Assembly (NCBI GenBank): GCA_050575255.1
Contig: JBNZDD010013678.1
Span: 4,622,753 to 4,686,752 of the forward strand
Source of the DNA: Harriotta raleighana
Lineage: Eukaryota
Direction of reading: 5' to 3'
Length of the DNA: 64,000 nucleotides
The notes under the pieces are model-generated. The model saw nothing but the letters and a program-made list of their open reading frames with translations, did no database searches and was not told where the DNA came from. The position numbers and the translations under genes were made by a program. Of this stretch, positions 24,001 through 39,230 are shown in pieces; within the stretch, counting starts at the first letter, position 1; every line of letters begins with the position of its first letter.

Positions 24001-27000
24001 AATAGAAAAGAAGAAACATGTTTGGCGTCTGCACTGAGCGTACCTTCATCTTCAGCAGCAACATTGTGGATAGTCATAAAATGACGGCGCCCAGTTCTTC
24101 TGAAGCTGTATTTTGGACTCTCTCGAAGTTCCATTGTGTCTTTGTACCAGGTTACTATTGCATCGTCAAAAGACACTTCACATTCAAACGTGGCTGACTC
24201 GTGTTCATTCACTACGATATCCTGTATTGCCTTTGTGAACTCGATCGGTTCAGCTTCAGAAAAGAAGGACAGGAAAGTTAGCTTCTCTGCCAACAGCTGA
24301 TCAGAAACAAATCCAAGTGGACAGAGATAATATTCTGAGAGCTACATACCTTCTACCCTCAGGTCAGCAGACGTCTCAAGGTTTTCAAACTTGCAGGTAA
24401 ATCTACCCTGATCTTCTTGTTTTACATCACTGATAGTCAGTTTTTGTGTTTTGTTTGACACGTGGATTGAATATCTGCCTCGTCCCTCGATCTGCCGACC
24501 ATTTTTAAACCATTCGGTTTTCAGGTTTGGGAGAGAGAACTGGCAGACCATGATACAGATCTGTCCTTCCTTGCCAGAAAGATGTTCAAGATGTTGTTCG
24601 ACAATGGGTTCTGGGGACAAGAGCAAATCCAAAGAGATCCCATGAGTAAAGGGAAAAATAGTGTTAACAATGCAAGAGTATAATTATTATTATATTAAGA
24701 AATGCTTACCAACAACGGTTAGTTTAGCACTTGAGATGTGTGGGCCACAGACAAGGCGGATGTTGCTTTGATCGTTCAATTCACAGCTTTTGACCTTTAA
24801 GCGATGTATGTCACCATCCACGGTAATCTCATACTTGTCATTTGATTCCAACTTTTCGGTCCCTTTATACCAGGACAGCTTGATTTCCGGGTAATTTATC
24901 TTTATGATGCATTCAAACATGGCATCCACTTTTGTGCGTACTGTTTGATCTTCAATATCCTTGATCAGTTCAACGGGCTGGACAGAGAAGGAAAAAAAAC
25001 AAAACATCAACGTTAGGTTTCAAACAGAACCACGTGGACATAGCTCATTGCTGATGCTATTTCAGCATCAAACAGACCCATGTTACCTCAACATTCTGCA
25101 TTTTTTGCTGAATATAATGGATGAGTTCATCAAATTCCTCTTCTGCAGGTCGCTCACGTGTTTCGATCTCCTGCAGAAAACACAGCCGGTGAATGACAGT
25201 AGCGAGCTTAATAATCAAGTGAAATTTTTGCATTTAAAAAAAAACTCTGTGTGATACGAGTGTTTTGAGAAAGAATGGGAGGGTAACTTACAACCCTGTG
25301 AGTCTCATCTTCTTTACTTGTTTTCAGTTGTTCCATAGCTTGAAGAAGTCCACGGAAATCAGTGATTCCATGCATACGGGCGTATTTCTCATATTCCTTT
25401 GGATCCACGTTTCTCAGCAGTTCAACAATATCGATCTCCTTGTCTGGTTCCTCTTCCTTTTGTTTGGAAGGCGTTCTTTCAGAAGGGAAAATAACAGAGC
25501 AACGTAATCACTAAAATGTAATCACTGAACCTAAAGTTCCTAAAATGTGAAACAATATTACACCAAAAAAATTTTTTGGGTCAAAACTGCCGGAAATAAA
25601 ACTAAAAGGGTAAATTGTATTAAACTGAACACTTCATCTTTGAGCCTTCAAATAGTCATCAGAAACCAAATTAAACCCTGCAATCCAAAGCCTTAAAAGG
25701 TAGGGTTGTCCTAGCTGGACAAGCAGAATGAAAGTTTGCCAGACAGCGCTCTCAATGGCAAGCTATGGGGTATTAGTTGGTTAGACACAGGCAGTTAACC
25801 CCAGCGCAGACTTTGGGGTCCCCAAGCCTTAGCTTTTGCCAACACACACCTAATGTTTCCAGGAATTAGATAAGCATTATGTGTCCCTTCAGGGAAAGAG
25901 TGTGTGTGTGTTCCAACTCAAAAAATGGCTCTGGAATTTTCACTTATAGGTGGGATGCATGGAATACTCAGTCTGGTTTGTAATCGTGGCAATGGGTTTC
26001 CACATGTGTCAGACACCCAGCTGATCAAAAAAAACAATCCAACTTGAGCAAAGACACTTACTTCTTCAGTTTTGCTCTGAGGTCTCCTTCAAAGCTAATT
26101 TCTTTCTTCTCCACAACCTCAACGTTTGCGCTGCATTCGAGTTCACCAGACTTGTTTGATGCGATGCACCTGTACTGTCCAGCATCAGATTTCACAATGT
26201 CTTTGATTTCCAGTTTGGCGTCTTGTCCCTTTTGTTGCACAGTAAACCTTCCACCATGGTTCAGTTGCCTCCATTTGCCTTTCATCCATTTAACATTTGG
26301 TATTGGGTCACCGCCAACTTTGGCCATGAACGCTGCTGTACTCTCTGAAACACACAATGTTGTTAAGTTCAATAATAATTACACTTTACCCATTTTGTCT
26401 CAATTTTCTCAGATCCTCTGGTTTTAGTGGCAAATGTGGCAATATTGCAGATTGCCTTTGAACCAGACTTCCTTAGAAATATTTGTGGGGACACTCCTGT
26501 GTGCAATTGGGTGCTGGGTTTCACCCACAAAATATACAGTCAATTCACTTTATAGTATAGTCTGTGAAGCACTTTGAGACGTCTAGAAGACATGAAAAGC
26601 GCTGTATCAAATGGAAGGATTATTATTATTATTTGTATTATTTTTTCCACACACGAATCTCTTTAACTCAATAAACAATAAAGAAAATACTTGAAGTGTG
26701 CTTACTTTCTGTTACTTTGGTGTTCTTTGGTTCCTCAATGAAGAAGATCTTGTTTGGATCTGGTGGAGTGGCCACTTTCATGGCTGGGGTGGTTTTTCCT
26801 AAACCAGAACAAGTAACAAATTAATTACAATTCAACTATTTTAGCATTTAAATAATGTGCGTGGTTTGGAACTTTCCATAAAGAATTGATCAGTAACTTA
26901 AGGTTTCCTTGACAACATTTAAAAGCTAAAAAATATAAAGAGTGTCACATATATTGTTTACTAATTAAGCAAACCTTTGGTCTGGATACATGTGGAATAG

Positions 27001-30000
27001 AAAATTTGCTTTTTGCCATGACAACTTTAAATAAATTAGAGTTGATTGGCATTTCAGTTTGCTTTCCAATATGTTCAATTTAGTTTTAAAGATCATTCCA
27101 GTATTTTAGTTCAGAATAATTCATATTATATTTCTCAACAATGTGTTAATTGATACCTGTTGTTGAACACTCCTGTTCATACAATAAATATAATCTATCA
27201 AGATGGTGCTTCCGATCACTGTTATGCGTGAGAAGAGTCCCCAATACTGGGGTGGGATACACACACACAACTGGGGCCTTTATTGATCATTGAATGGTTG
27301 AAATGAGGAACTTGATCAACATGCAGAGCACTTGGTTTAAGCATTCTTATCCATCTCCATACTTCCTCCCGAAATTCCCCTTGTGCAGCCCAGATCTCAT
27401 TTCCTGATCAACCATTTTTTTTTCTTCTGCTGACATAGGCACAAAAGCATGATAGACAAAATGGATTCACATACATGGGCACATTTGTCAGTGAGAACAG
27501 TTGGCTATAAAGGAAGAAAAATATACAAGCTTGCCCCACAACAATGGAGTTTGGACAAAATGCTTAAACGTATGACCAGGAGAAATTGCATTAAATGTAT
27601 GGTAATTCTCTCCCTATATTATTCTTACAGTGAACAAGAAACCTCTACGAATAACAATATAATATATAATATGTCAGCTTGTATACCTTGAACTGTTAAC
27701 TTGGCTTTGCAAGAGTCACTTCCAACCTCGTTTGTGGCTTTGCACAGATAGTCGCCACTGTCTGTTTTAATCACTGGTTTGATATCCAGGGCAGCTGTGC
27801 CACTGCTGAAGGTCAGTTTGAATTTGTCAGATGTTTTTATTTCTTTTCTGTCTTTAAGCCACTGGATCTTAATGGGTTCACCTCCGTGGACGTGACAGCT
27901 AAGCTGCAGTGACTCTCCTTCAGTTGCGGTCAGTGGTTTTAGAGGTACATCAAAGACAGGTGGCTTTTTAAGCTCTAGAGCAACAAAAAATACATGGTCA
28001 GCATTTCAAATGAAAATCTTATGTGGCCAAACTCTTTGTAAAATGCGGATACCTTGAAGCTATCTGTTGCTGCTTCTTACCCAATAAACTCCTACTTTTT
28101 TTAAACCAAGTAGGAACTGCATGATTAGTTAACAGAGCAGATACTTACCTCCCTCAGTCCACACACCGTTTAATCCAGTCAATTTGCCAAAATTTGGGTA
28201 ACCATGCCTCAAAAAAGAGGGTTCATCCGTTTAAATTAGTTTCATGTGATTTGAACTCTTTCCACACTGAACGGATACTTAGCGTAAGAATAATTAAGTA
28301 AGGTGAATGAAAAAGAAACACATCAAGATTGCAGAGACATTCTGTGAAATAAAACAGGCAACAGCATTTCGAAAGATTAAAATTCCCGGCCACTGTTATC
28401 ATGCACATTGATTAATAATTGCTTTGGTGACTAACCTTTGATGAGCACAGACACGGTAAATGTTGCAAATCCCACTTCATTGGAAGCCTTGCATGTATAA
28501 ACTGCAGAATCAATGGGAAGTGCTTTCTTCATGTTCAACAGCACCACATTATTCTTAAATGATATTTCATGCTCAGTTTGATGAATCTCCTGTTCATCTT
28601 TGAACCATGTTACAGACAGAGGTTGAGAACCAGAAATACGAGCTTCCAGTTTTACTGCCTTGCCTTCTGTATCCTGTATACTTTCAAGGGGCTTTTTCGT
28701 GAAGCTTGGTGGGATTTTACGTTCTGTAACAGATAGGCCCAGCAAACATAAATTTTTCTTCCAAGAAAGAAAAGAGTAAAAGCTTCGAAACATCCCTAGT
28801 GGCACAGTGCTCACATACGCTCTGCTCTCCTCTGGTTATGAATCCAGCCTAAGTACGATTGACTTCATGCTGAAGTCAGGAATTCATCATAAATTGGGTT
28901 TGGCAAGTCTCATCCCTTTTGGTAGAGGCTCAATCTCTCAGTTTCCCGAGAAAAGTGCTAAGGTTGGTCAGGGTATCAATTGAAATGTTGCCCAGACAAA
29001 GTAGAGGGTGTTCGAATTTGGAGCATTAAGTGCATTTTTTCAGACTAATTGTGTGACAAAAATCAAATCAACATTCCATTCAATAACATCTCCACTTGAG
29101 GAGTACAGATATTCACTGAGAACTCAAAAGAAATCCAAGTGAAACCACTGATATGTCCAGAGAAGATTTATCTGTATTTGTTGATTGATTTGCCTCAGAG
29201 GCCCTAAGAAATGATCTAAATGACAAGGAAATTTTTCAAGTCTTGTTTGGTAAATGCTTCATTTTCTCCTCTATTTGTCACTTCCCAAGAATAAATGCCC
29301 TGTTCTATGACTTCTAGTCATAGAAGACCATGACAATTGATGTGTTACCTTGAAAATATAACATGTGATATCTGTAACTATTTAATATTTCTCCCCTTGT
29401 TCATCAGTGCTACAAACACTTTCATATACAGTACACTGAAGCCCCTTGACTATTCTTTTCTTGCAAATGATGTAGCAATGATTTAAAATGTGCAACTCGG
29501 TACAGTCTATTAGACAGAAACAGTAAATTATTTGTAACTTTACATCAAATCTTACTAATAATGTGTTGATTTAGAATACCTGATGTATATGGCCATCACA
29601 CAAATAGTGTCAAAGAGTCTTCTGCTCTCATTCTACATCTCAAGGGCACATTTACCTCTGACTCACTACCCACCGTCTCCTTAGCTAGAACATTAGCTAA
29701 TGTTAATGTTGGGCCACTGTGTGCACATTATTCTCAAGGTTATTACATTTTTTCGCCTTGAACCGTTCCATTTTTACCTCTGGCATTTCGCTTTTGGTGC
29801 ATTTCAAACGGTGAATGTACAAAACAAAATCCTAAACATTCCTAATATTGTCCTGTTGAACACACTAGTGCACCCGACAGATTTTTCATATGGTTAAACA
29901 GCAACTCTTTAACCTTTACCTCATTAGTTAAAGAAAAAAGACAGACATTTGGAGAAAGACAGACATAAATGGGAGTTATTGAACAATACCTTTTGCAGTC

Positions 30001-33000
30001 ACCACTGCTGAGCAAGAGACTTTGCCGATGTCATTACTGGCCTGACAAGTGTATTGGCAAGAATCTCCCTTCTCTGCTTTCAGAATCGTCAAGTGAGGTG
30101 TATTGTCCTCAAAGGTCATCTTATAGATACCACCAGATCGGATCTCTCGGTTATCCTTCAGCCAGGTCACTTTGATAGGAGTAGAGCCAATTACATGGCA
30201 TTCTAGCTCTACTGGGTCGCCAGCTGTAACTTCCACTGCTTTTAGTGTTTTGTCAAACTCAGGAGCAACTCTGGCCTCTGAAAAGTCACAACATGTAAAA
30301 CAATTAATTTTTAATCATTGAATACTTCAGTTCTACGGGATCGACTTACTGCAAAGATAGGTACATGACATAGTAAATTCCAGAAAACGATAAAAAATAA
30401 GAGACTAAAATCTGCAGGCGATTGGTAATGTTTTAACCCAACAAACCTTTTATAGTTAGTTTTGAAGTACATGAGGCATCTCCAACCATGTTGGAAGCTT
30501 TGCAAGTATATTCACCGGCATCGGCCATTCCAACGTTGAGAATATTAAGAGTTGCTATCTTTTCTGTGAAAGACATTGTTACATTTTCTCCACTGGACAA
30601 ATTCACACCATCTATGAACCAAGAAATTTCAATTGGAGTCGAACCAGACAAGCAGCATTCAAGTGTCACTGGTTGATACACAGTTTTCTCCATGTTCTTC
30701 AATTTTCTTGTGAAAGAAGGTGGAGTTTTAAGTTCTGCAAAATAGATAGTCATAAAATAAGCATTTTAAAAGCCTTGGATTAACAAGATTTTATAAATAA
30801 ATAATTGCATTTTGGTACAGCGCTTTATCACGACATCTCAAAGAGCTTCACAGAATTTGCTGTGTAATGGAGTGACTGAGAATTTGCAGGCAATTGTGCA
30901 CATAGCAATGTCCCACAAACAGCCATGAAACATGACCAATTGTATTTGGGGGACCGTTGGTCAAAACACCAGGGGGGAACTCCCTTTTATTTTTAATAGT
31001 ACTGTGGGATTGTTAACATCCACTTGAAGAGAGACCTATGTTTAACATCTCATCCGAAGGACGGCAGGTCTGGCAATGCCACAGCGCCATATTGAAATGA
31101 CATCTTAAGACAATTATTTCCTGATGTGACCCCACAACCTTCTGCCTCAGAGGTGAGAGTGCCACCACTGAGCCAAGCTGACACACATTTTTGGAAGAAC
31201 AAAAAGATTAAGATGTCCAGACAAACAACTGAGTTTAGGGTAGACACATCAAACCACAAAGCAGCTTCACCTTGTACGGTCAGCATGGCCTTTGAGGAAC
31301 AGCTGCCAATTCTATTTTCTGCTTTGCAGATATATTCTCCACTGTCACTCAAAGATGTTTTCTTCAGTTCTAGTGTGGCCACATTGTTGTGAAACGTCAT
31401 CTCAATGTTAGTCATTGTTCTCAGCTTAGTGTCCCCTTTGTACCAAGACACTTTAATTTCAGAGGTTCCAGTCAGGATACAGGACAGAGATATTGCATCA
31501 CCGAGTGTGACTTCCAAAGGCACCAATTCATGGACAAATGTTGGTGGTTCTGTAATAATAACAATAACAATAAGAATTCTTACACCTTATCACATGTTCA
31601 AGACATCTCAAAGTGCTTACGGAAGTACTTCGATTAGACAAAAGCAATGAAAAGAAGGTGTGTGGATAAAATAGCAGAAAGCAGTTGCAAGTAGAAAACA
31701 TATAGATTTAACAAACCTAGTATAGTCACTTCAGCATGACAAATGTCCCCTCCGGCATCATTTTCCACCTCACAAGTGTATTTCCCACCATCATCACCAA
31801 TGCTGTGATGAATTTCTAATATGCAAGACTTATCGGTGGTGGTTATGGTATATTTTTCAGATTGAAACAATTCAAAATCATTTTTCTTCCAGATAACCTT
31901 GATTTCTGGGCTTCCCGAATAGGTGCAGTCCAGACAGACAGACTTGTTCAGTTCAATGCTGGAGTCCTTTAGTTTCTTCTGGAACACGGCTGGTTCTGGT
32001 AAAGACATACAAAAACCAAAGTGGTCAAAAAAGATCCCAGCAGAGCAATGTGAACTTTTATGGGGGATGGTTTGCAATTTGTACATTCACGAACCTTTCA
32101 CAAATAGATTTGTTGTGCAGGAATCTTTGCCAGCGTCATTGCTAACTTGACAGATATAGTCTCCACTTTCAGATGGTTCCACGTTCAATAGTTCGAGTAC
32201 TGCCACTGAGTCCGTCAAAGAAATATGACATTTTCTTCCAGTTACCAGTTCAGTGCTACCTTTGAACCACTTCACCTTCAGTGGGACAGTTCCAGTAACA
32301 ACAGAGGTAAATCTTGCTGTAGAGTTAGGTAAAACCATCTGAGATTCAGGCTTGCTCACAAATGAGGGTGGTTCTAAATGGGTCAAAAGAAAATAGTCCT
32401 CTGCATCATTAAGACATCCATTTAACTGATAAGAGATTTAACATTAGGCGTGAGCTGCATCTTCTCGCTCCAACTAAAAAAAAACTCTTCCTTTCAAATA
32501 AAAAATACATTTGTCCTCTTCTCTTCTAAAGGTGGTTTATCGTGCCTGGATACTGTTACACAGAATACCAATATTCCTCTGATATTTCATCCAAATGGTC
32601 CCTTTCTTTTTAAAAAAGGATTGTACCCAAGAAGGTGAGTTTCAGAAGAAGATTATTTAAACAGGGAAAGAGGGAGAGAGGAAATTGCAAACAAAATCCA
32701 ATCTTGACAGCTATTTAACATTCACATGTGTAGACTTCTAGCAGGCATTACTGACCAGTAAAGAACAGAGAGGGGACCCTGGTTGATTTTTCTCCTTTGC
32801 AAACTCAGAAGCTAATTTAGCATCTCACCCCTGCCCCCATCTTAGCGAGGCTGACCCCTCACAGATCAGAGACAGTATTTGACACCTCCCTGACCTGCAT
32901 TGCTCAATAGCGCACAACATGGATGAACTGAGAGCCCCCAACAAGTCACTCACCCTGAAAAAGTACAGCCACTGATATTTAAAGTAAATCATTACGCGTC

Positions 33001-36000
33001 GAGATGAAAAGAAAAGCCTTGATACCTGCAATGGGAAATCAACTGACCTTTCACTGTCAAGATACCACTGCATTCATCAGTTCCTGCCTCGTTTGTGGCT
33101 TTGCAGGTATAATTGCCAGCATCCAAGGTTTCCAGTGTGCTGATTCTCAAGCTACACGTGTTATCTGCAAAGGAGATGTCGTATTTTGCTCCAGGGGTGA
33201 TCTCCTGTGCGTCTTTGAACCAGGAGATGTGGAAGGGCGCTGATCCGGACAACTTACACTCCATGAGGATGGGAGAGGCCAGGAGGCCATCCGCTTGCTT
33301 TAGTTTCCTGGTGAACGTCGGCGGAATAATGCGATCTGTTTTTGCGAAGACACACCAACAACAGCCCAATGATTTACCAGAGTTTTCCTTTTCAACAAAA
33401 AACAACACACACACACACACACACACACACAGAGAAATAATTTAAGAATGCCTTGAAGAAAACAGGAGAGAGAATAAATGACAATTGAACCCAACCTAGC
33501 ACATTGATGGTGGCTTTGCAGCTGTCTCTGCCCACATTATTCTGGACTTCAAACGTGTACTGGCCCGAATCTTCCCTCTCTCCGCAAAGGAGCTTGAGGC
33601 TGGCGATCTTGTTGTGAAAACTGATCTTATACTTTCTGCCGGACACCAGCTCTTTGCCATCTTTGGACCATTTCACTTTGAGCTCTGGTGTCCCAGCCAC
33701 GACGCACTCCAGAAGCGTTGCATCTCCGGCAGTCACGCTGACAGACTCTGCCTTCTCCGCTATGCTGGCTGGCTCTGCAACACAAGAAAGAAACCCTTTG
33801 CGTTACGGACGCCTTTTGATGATGCGAAGGGAAACGATCAACTGGTTGTCCAAAGAAGTTGGTTGGTTCTCTTTGGGACAACTAGTTATGTGGTTGTAAC
33901 GTGATGGACGGTTGTAAACGTCGAAGGGGAACTGTTCTTGATGTTGTTTGTTGTTGTTTAAACCCCCACCCCCGCCCCCTGATCTTTTCCCCCTTTTTAT
34001 TCTTCTCCTTCCCTCTCTCCCTTTTCTCCCTCTTCCCCCTTACCCCCCTTTCTCCCTGGTTTTGCCTCCTACCCACCCTTCCCTCCCTCTTCCCACTTGC
34101 CAACATTTCTCCCTTTTTGCCCTCCCTGATTTCCCCCTTGTCCCCCTTTCTCCCCCCCCTTTCTTCCCTGATTTTACCCCACCCCGCTTTTCCCTCCATC
34201 TCTTCCCCCCTTGCCATTTCCCCCCCCCCCTTTTTCCCCCCATTTCCGTGTGTGTTTGTGGGACACTGCTGTGCGCAATTTGGCTGCCGCGTTTCGCCCA
34301 CAAATATACAGTCAATTTTTCCTACTCCTTGCCCTGAGCCCTCCCCACCCNCTCCAGATTGCTGACCTAGAATGAAGACTGTCGCGCTGGACTCTTGCAT
34401 TCCGGCATCATTTGTTATCCGGCAGGTGTAATGGGCGGCGTGGGCGCCTTCTGCTTCCGCGATGTGCAAAGCGACAAGGTTTTGTCCAAAGGATGTTGTC
34501 AGGCGCTCGGTCTCTCGCACTTCCTCCTTGTCCTTCAGCCAAGTGACGCGAATGGGCTCCGAGCCCTTGACGGCGGCCTCCAAAGTGACCGACCCTCCCA
34601 GGACCGAAGACGCGTCGGAAAGTTTCTTCACGAACGAAGGCGGCTCTGGAGATTGAAAGACAACAGAGAGAGGAGATTTACGGACGAGCTTCCCCTTGCG
34701 AATACCCCCCCCTCCCTCCCTCCCCACACACCCCCCAGGAAAACGCGCGAGAAAGCCAATGGGGTGGGAAGGAAAGATCAGACGAACCTTTGAGCGTCAA
34801 TGAGCCGACACAGCTGTCGCTTCCCACATCGTTGTTGGACGTGCACTGGTATTCCCCCACGTCCGCGGTTTCCACCTTGAGAATGTGAAGACAAGCCACG
34901 TGGTTCTCGTAAGTCATTTTGTATTTTTTCCCGGCTCGGATTTGCCGGTTGTCCTTGTGCCAAGTGACCACGAAGGGATCAGAGCCGGTGAGGGTGGCCT
35001 GGAGCGTGATGTCGGAGCCTTTCAGGACTCGGACCGACTGCAGCGTTTCAACGAAGGCGGGCGGCTCTGCAAAGGGAGAATTGGTGTCATTGGGTGTCAT
35101 TGATTCGTACGCGGGGCGGAGCAGCTCCAGAAGCTTGTGAGGCTTTGCGAGCGAACACAACGATAACAAGCCTTCCCACCTTTGACTGTGACCGCCACGC
35201 TGCAGCTCACGCTGCCTGCGTCGTTGTGGGCTTCGCAGATGTAATCCCCGCTATCCGGCAGGTCAGCCTCCCCGAGCTCCAGCACGGCCAGCGATTTATC
35301 GAAGGACGTTTTGTGTTTGTTGCTTGCTCTAATTTCGCTGTCGTTCTTGAACCAGGAGATCCTGATTTCGGGCGAGCCCGTCACTCTGCACTCAAAATGC
35401 GCCGATTCGCCCTTCTTCAGCACTCTGGTGGGCTCCAGCTTGTGGGTGAAGGATGGGGGTTCTAGGGAATCAAATGAGATTTGCACTTAGTGCAAAGGGT
35501 TGCCAACATATCCCTTGTTTGCGAATGGCTGAGGTTGTGAAACAGGGAAGAAAACGCACCGAGAAAGACCGAATAAAACAGCAAGAGAGAGAGAGAGAGA
35601 AAACAATTCAGTTTGACACTTACGTTATTATCAAATAAATGGTGGTTCACATAACATCACATTACATAAACGATTGACATATGAAAGAACAAATTTTAAA
35701 AGAAAGTATGCGATGAGGACGATAAGAGTCTAACGTAGAATGATTGTAATGAATAATACAATTAGAGAAACGTACTGAGATCATTCGGTAGCATAAAGAA
35801 ATGCGTAAAAGATAGGACAAACAAGACAGGTACCCAACAGATAACATGTACCAACACAACAACACAGAATTTCACACCTGTTACGGACAGTTTTGCAGTA
35901 CAAGTGTCTACGCCAGCATCATTGGCGACGTGACAAGTATAATATCCTGTATCAGAGGATTTCACTGAGCACAGCTCAAGAAAGCTGGAGGAAGTTTCCT

Positions 36001-39000
36001 TCACAATGATGCACGCAGCCTCAGCACTGAGCTCCTTGTCATCCTTAAACCATTTGAAAAAGAGCGGGAGAGTTCCTTGCGCAACACTGGTAAATTGCAC
36101 CCTCGAATCACGGGAAACTCCCTGTGAGACTGGCTTCACCACAAATCTTGGTGGTTCTAAAACAAAAAATTCATTGAAGAGAAATTGTGCATTTGAGACG
36201 AGAAGCGCCCGTGAAGATCCGCGGATTGCAGGAAGCTTACGTTTATGCTGCCGGCCGCACTAATTTCCGATAACGCGATTCGCGGAGTACTTATTTCAAA
36301 CTTCCGATCGATGCCGGATATTACAGCGGACATTTCACATAATTACTGGACACGTTTCACGTTAAAAGCATTGCAAAGACTGAGCAGAAAATAGTAAGGG
36401 ACTCTTTCCAACCTTTTACTGTTAGTGCCCCACTACATTCAGCACTTCCTGCGGGATTTGATACTCTGCAAGAATAAATTCCACCAGCTGCGACATCAAG
36501 TTGATTAATCTCCAAAGTTGACATGTTATCTTGCTGTGAGATTTTATATGTGCTGCTATCTGATAACTCTTTATCATCCTTATACCAATAAAAGCTCATT
36601 GGAAGAGAGCCAGCGATTTTGCACTCCATAGACACGGAGGACCCTAATACATTGCTCATCTTCTTCAATTTTTTCAGAAATGTCGGTGGAATTATTCGAT
36701 CTGCACGACATAAAGCACAACCAATCAGCTTTCAAACGTCAACTTTTCTTTTCACACACACTGAACACTGAAGAATATGTCTCAATTGTATTTCTTTACT
36801 ATCGAAATTTTCTAATGTTCCAATATATGGGAAAAAAAAACACCAACCTATTGCTGTCAATGAAGCTTTGCAACTGCTGACTCCAAAGTCATTTTGGACT
36901 TCGAAAGTATATTCATCACTATCCGTCTTCTCTACAGACATAATCCTTAGACTGGCCACCATTTTCTCAAAGCTTAGTGTGTAATGTCTGTCCGATGTCA
37001 GTTCCTTTCCATCCTTAAACCATTTTACTCTTAAGTCTGGTGTGCCAGTCACAGTACATTGCAAAATTGCCGGATTTCCAATAGTTACATTGCATGAATC
37101 TGCTTTTTCTATAATGTTTGCGGGTTCTGTTTGAAAAGAAATTGTACTGTAATGTTCACATACTTGACATTTTAATGCAGCTTTCTCTTGAATGCAAAAG
37201 CAAAGAGGTAATGTTTAAATTTATGCAACACACAATTGGAAGTATTGGATCCAGTGTGGGGCATCCTACTATAAAAAGGGGATCAAATTCATTGAGGGGG
37301 TAGAGTGGAGATTTACTAGGGAGAATGAGGGGTTATATGTAAAGTGGGGGAGACTTACAAAAGTTGGGACTATTTTTATAAGAACAGAAAAGATTAAAGG
37401 AGGACCTGATGGAGGCTTTCAAAAAGATGAATGGATGGAAAATGGGATGGAAAATGGATGTTGATTGGGCATAGAATGATCGACTATTTTCCTCTGTTTA
37501 AAGTAAATTGAACAGTATCAGTATTGAGCAGAAGAATGAAGGGATAAAAGTTAAGAAATATATATATATATATATATAATTTTACATAGACGGCTTTTGG
37601 ACACTGAGTCCATATGGCATTTCCAAGGGAATTGGGTAAATACGAGAGAGGAAATTAAAGGGTATGGAGAAAGAAAGAGCAAGGGAATGGGATTCGCTGT
37701 AGTTGGAGAGCACAGATGTGATATCTCTGCTATAATTCATGCCTTGTCCAATTATACTGCTGAATGCCAGCTACCAACCTGTTACTCTCAATGTAGCAAA
37801 ACATTTCTCAATCCCTGCATCATTTTTGGCCTGACAGGCGTATCTTGCACCGTGTTTTGCTTCAACAGATATAATTTGTAGGGCGGCCACATTATTCTCA
37901 AAAGAAATTATGACATTGTTATCCTCCTTGACTTCGTCCTGATCCTTCATCCAGTTTATGGATAAAGGCTGGGAGCCTTTTACCAGGCACTGAAACACTG
38001 CGGAATTCCCAGCAAAAGTTGTGACATTTTCAATCCTCTTTGCAAACGACGGTGGGTCTGGTTTAAGACAAACAGTCAGGAGATACGATTAAGTTCCCTG
38101 CTCCCTTCTTCTCCGAAATGCTAATCAAACGATGCTAGATCCCGTTAAGGGTGAGGTTTAAACTATCCTGCGCGGTGTCGCGGAACAAAATCCTTTTGGA
38201 TTTCAACTGACCTTTCAGTTTGAGACTGCAACTACAGACACAACTTCCCACATCATTTGCAACCGTGCACTTGTAGTCACCGGCGTCTGAGAAATCCGCC
38301 TTCAAAATGTGAAGGCTGACCAGAGCGTTTTGTGTGAGCATCTTGTACTTTTCGCTGGACGAAATCTGTTTGCTTTCCTTATGCCATGTCACGTCAAAGG
38401 GACCCGTACCCATCACCTCACACTCGAGAGTGACCTCGCAGGCTTTGACTACCTCAGTGGGCTGGAGTTTCCTCTTAAAAGAGGGGGGTTCTACGAAGCA
38501 ATCACAACGAAAGAAATACATGTCAACCAGAGTGCTGAGAGCAACAGTAACCCCTATCGGTACTGACAGGGAATAAATACTTTTGTCTAATGCACAGGTT
38601 GGTTTCTGAGTGAATCAGGGCGATGATGATGGCGATGATGATGCTTTTACAGACCTTTAACTTTCATTTCTGTGCTGCAGCTGTCACTGCCAGCTTCATT
38701 CCGTGCTTCACAGGCATAATGTGCACTGTCACTCAGATCGACCGCAAGGATCTCAAGAACTGCCATGGAATCATCAAACGACATCAAGTATTTCTCATCG
38801 GCATTGATTTTATGGCCGTTTTTGCACCAAGTAATTTTGATTTCAGGTGTGCCGGTCACAATGCATTCAAAGCGTGCAGAGTCCCCATCCCTCAGCACTG
38901 TAGAAGACTCCAGCTTTTTAATGAAGCTCGGAGGTTCTAGAAACCAAAATATAATCAGCTTAAATATACCGGTTATCTGAAGGCGACTAGACTTAGTGAT

Positions 39001-39167
39001 GAATATAAAAAGATACTGATAAGTAGCTAGAATTATTATTTTTTTTTTTTAAATCTCTTCTGCTCTAGAGAAAAGCAATGTCAAATTACTTCTTTTTGTG
39101 AATTGGTTTTAAGTATCTTCCTCCATCTTACTGTATTCCATCATGTTTCTTTATCTCGGGCTGCAGC

Positions 39168-39230
<63 letters not shown>

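Noticed and set aside
33882-34365. G/E/K/R-rich and P/S/L/F-rich ORFs (also 18273-18963)
   Set aside because: They are translations of low-complexity purine/pyrimidine tracts.
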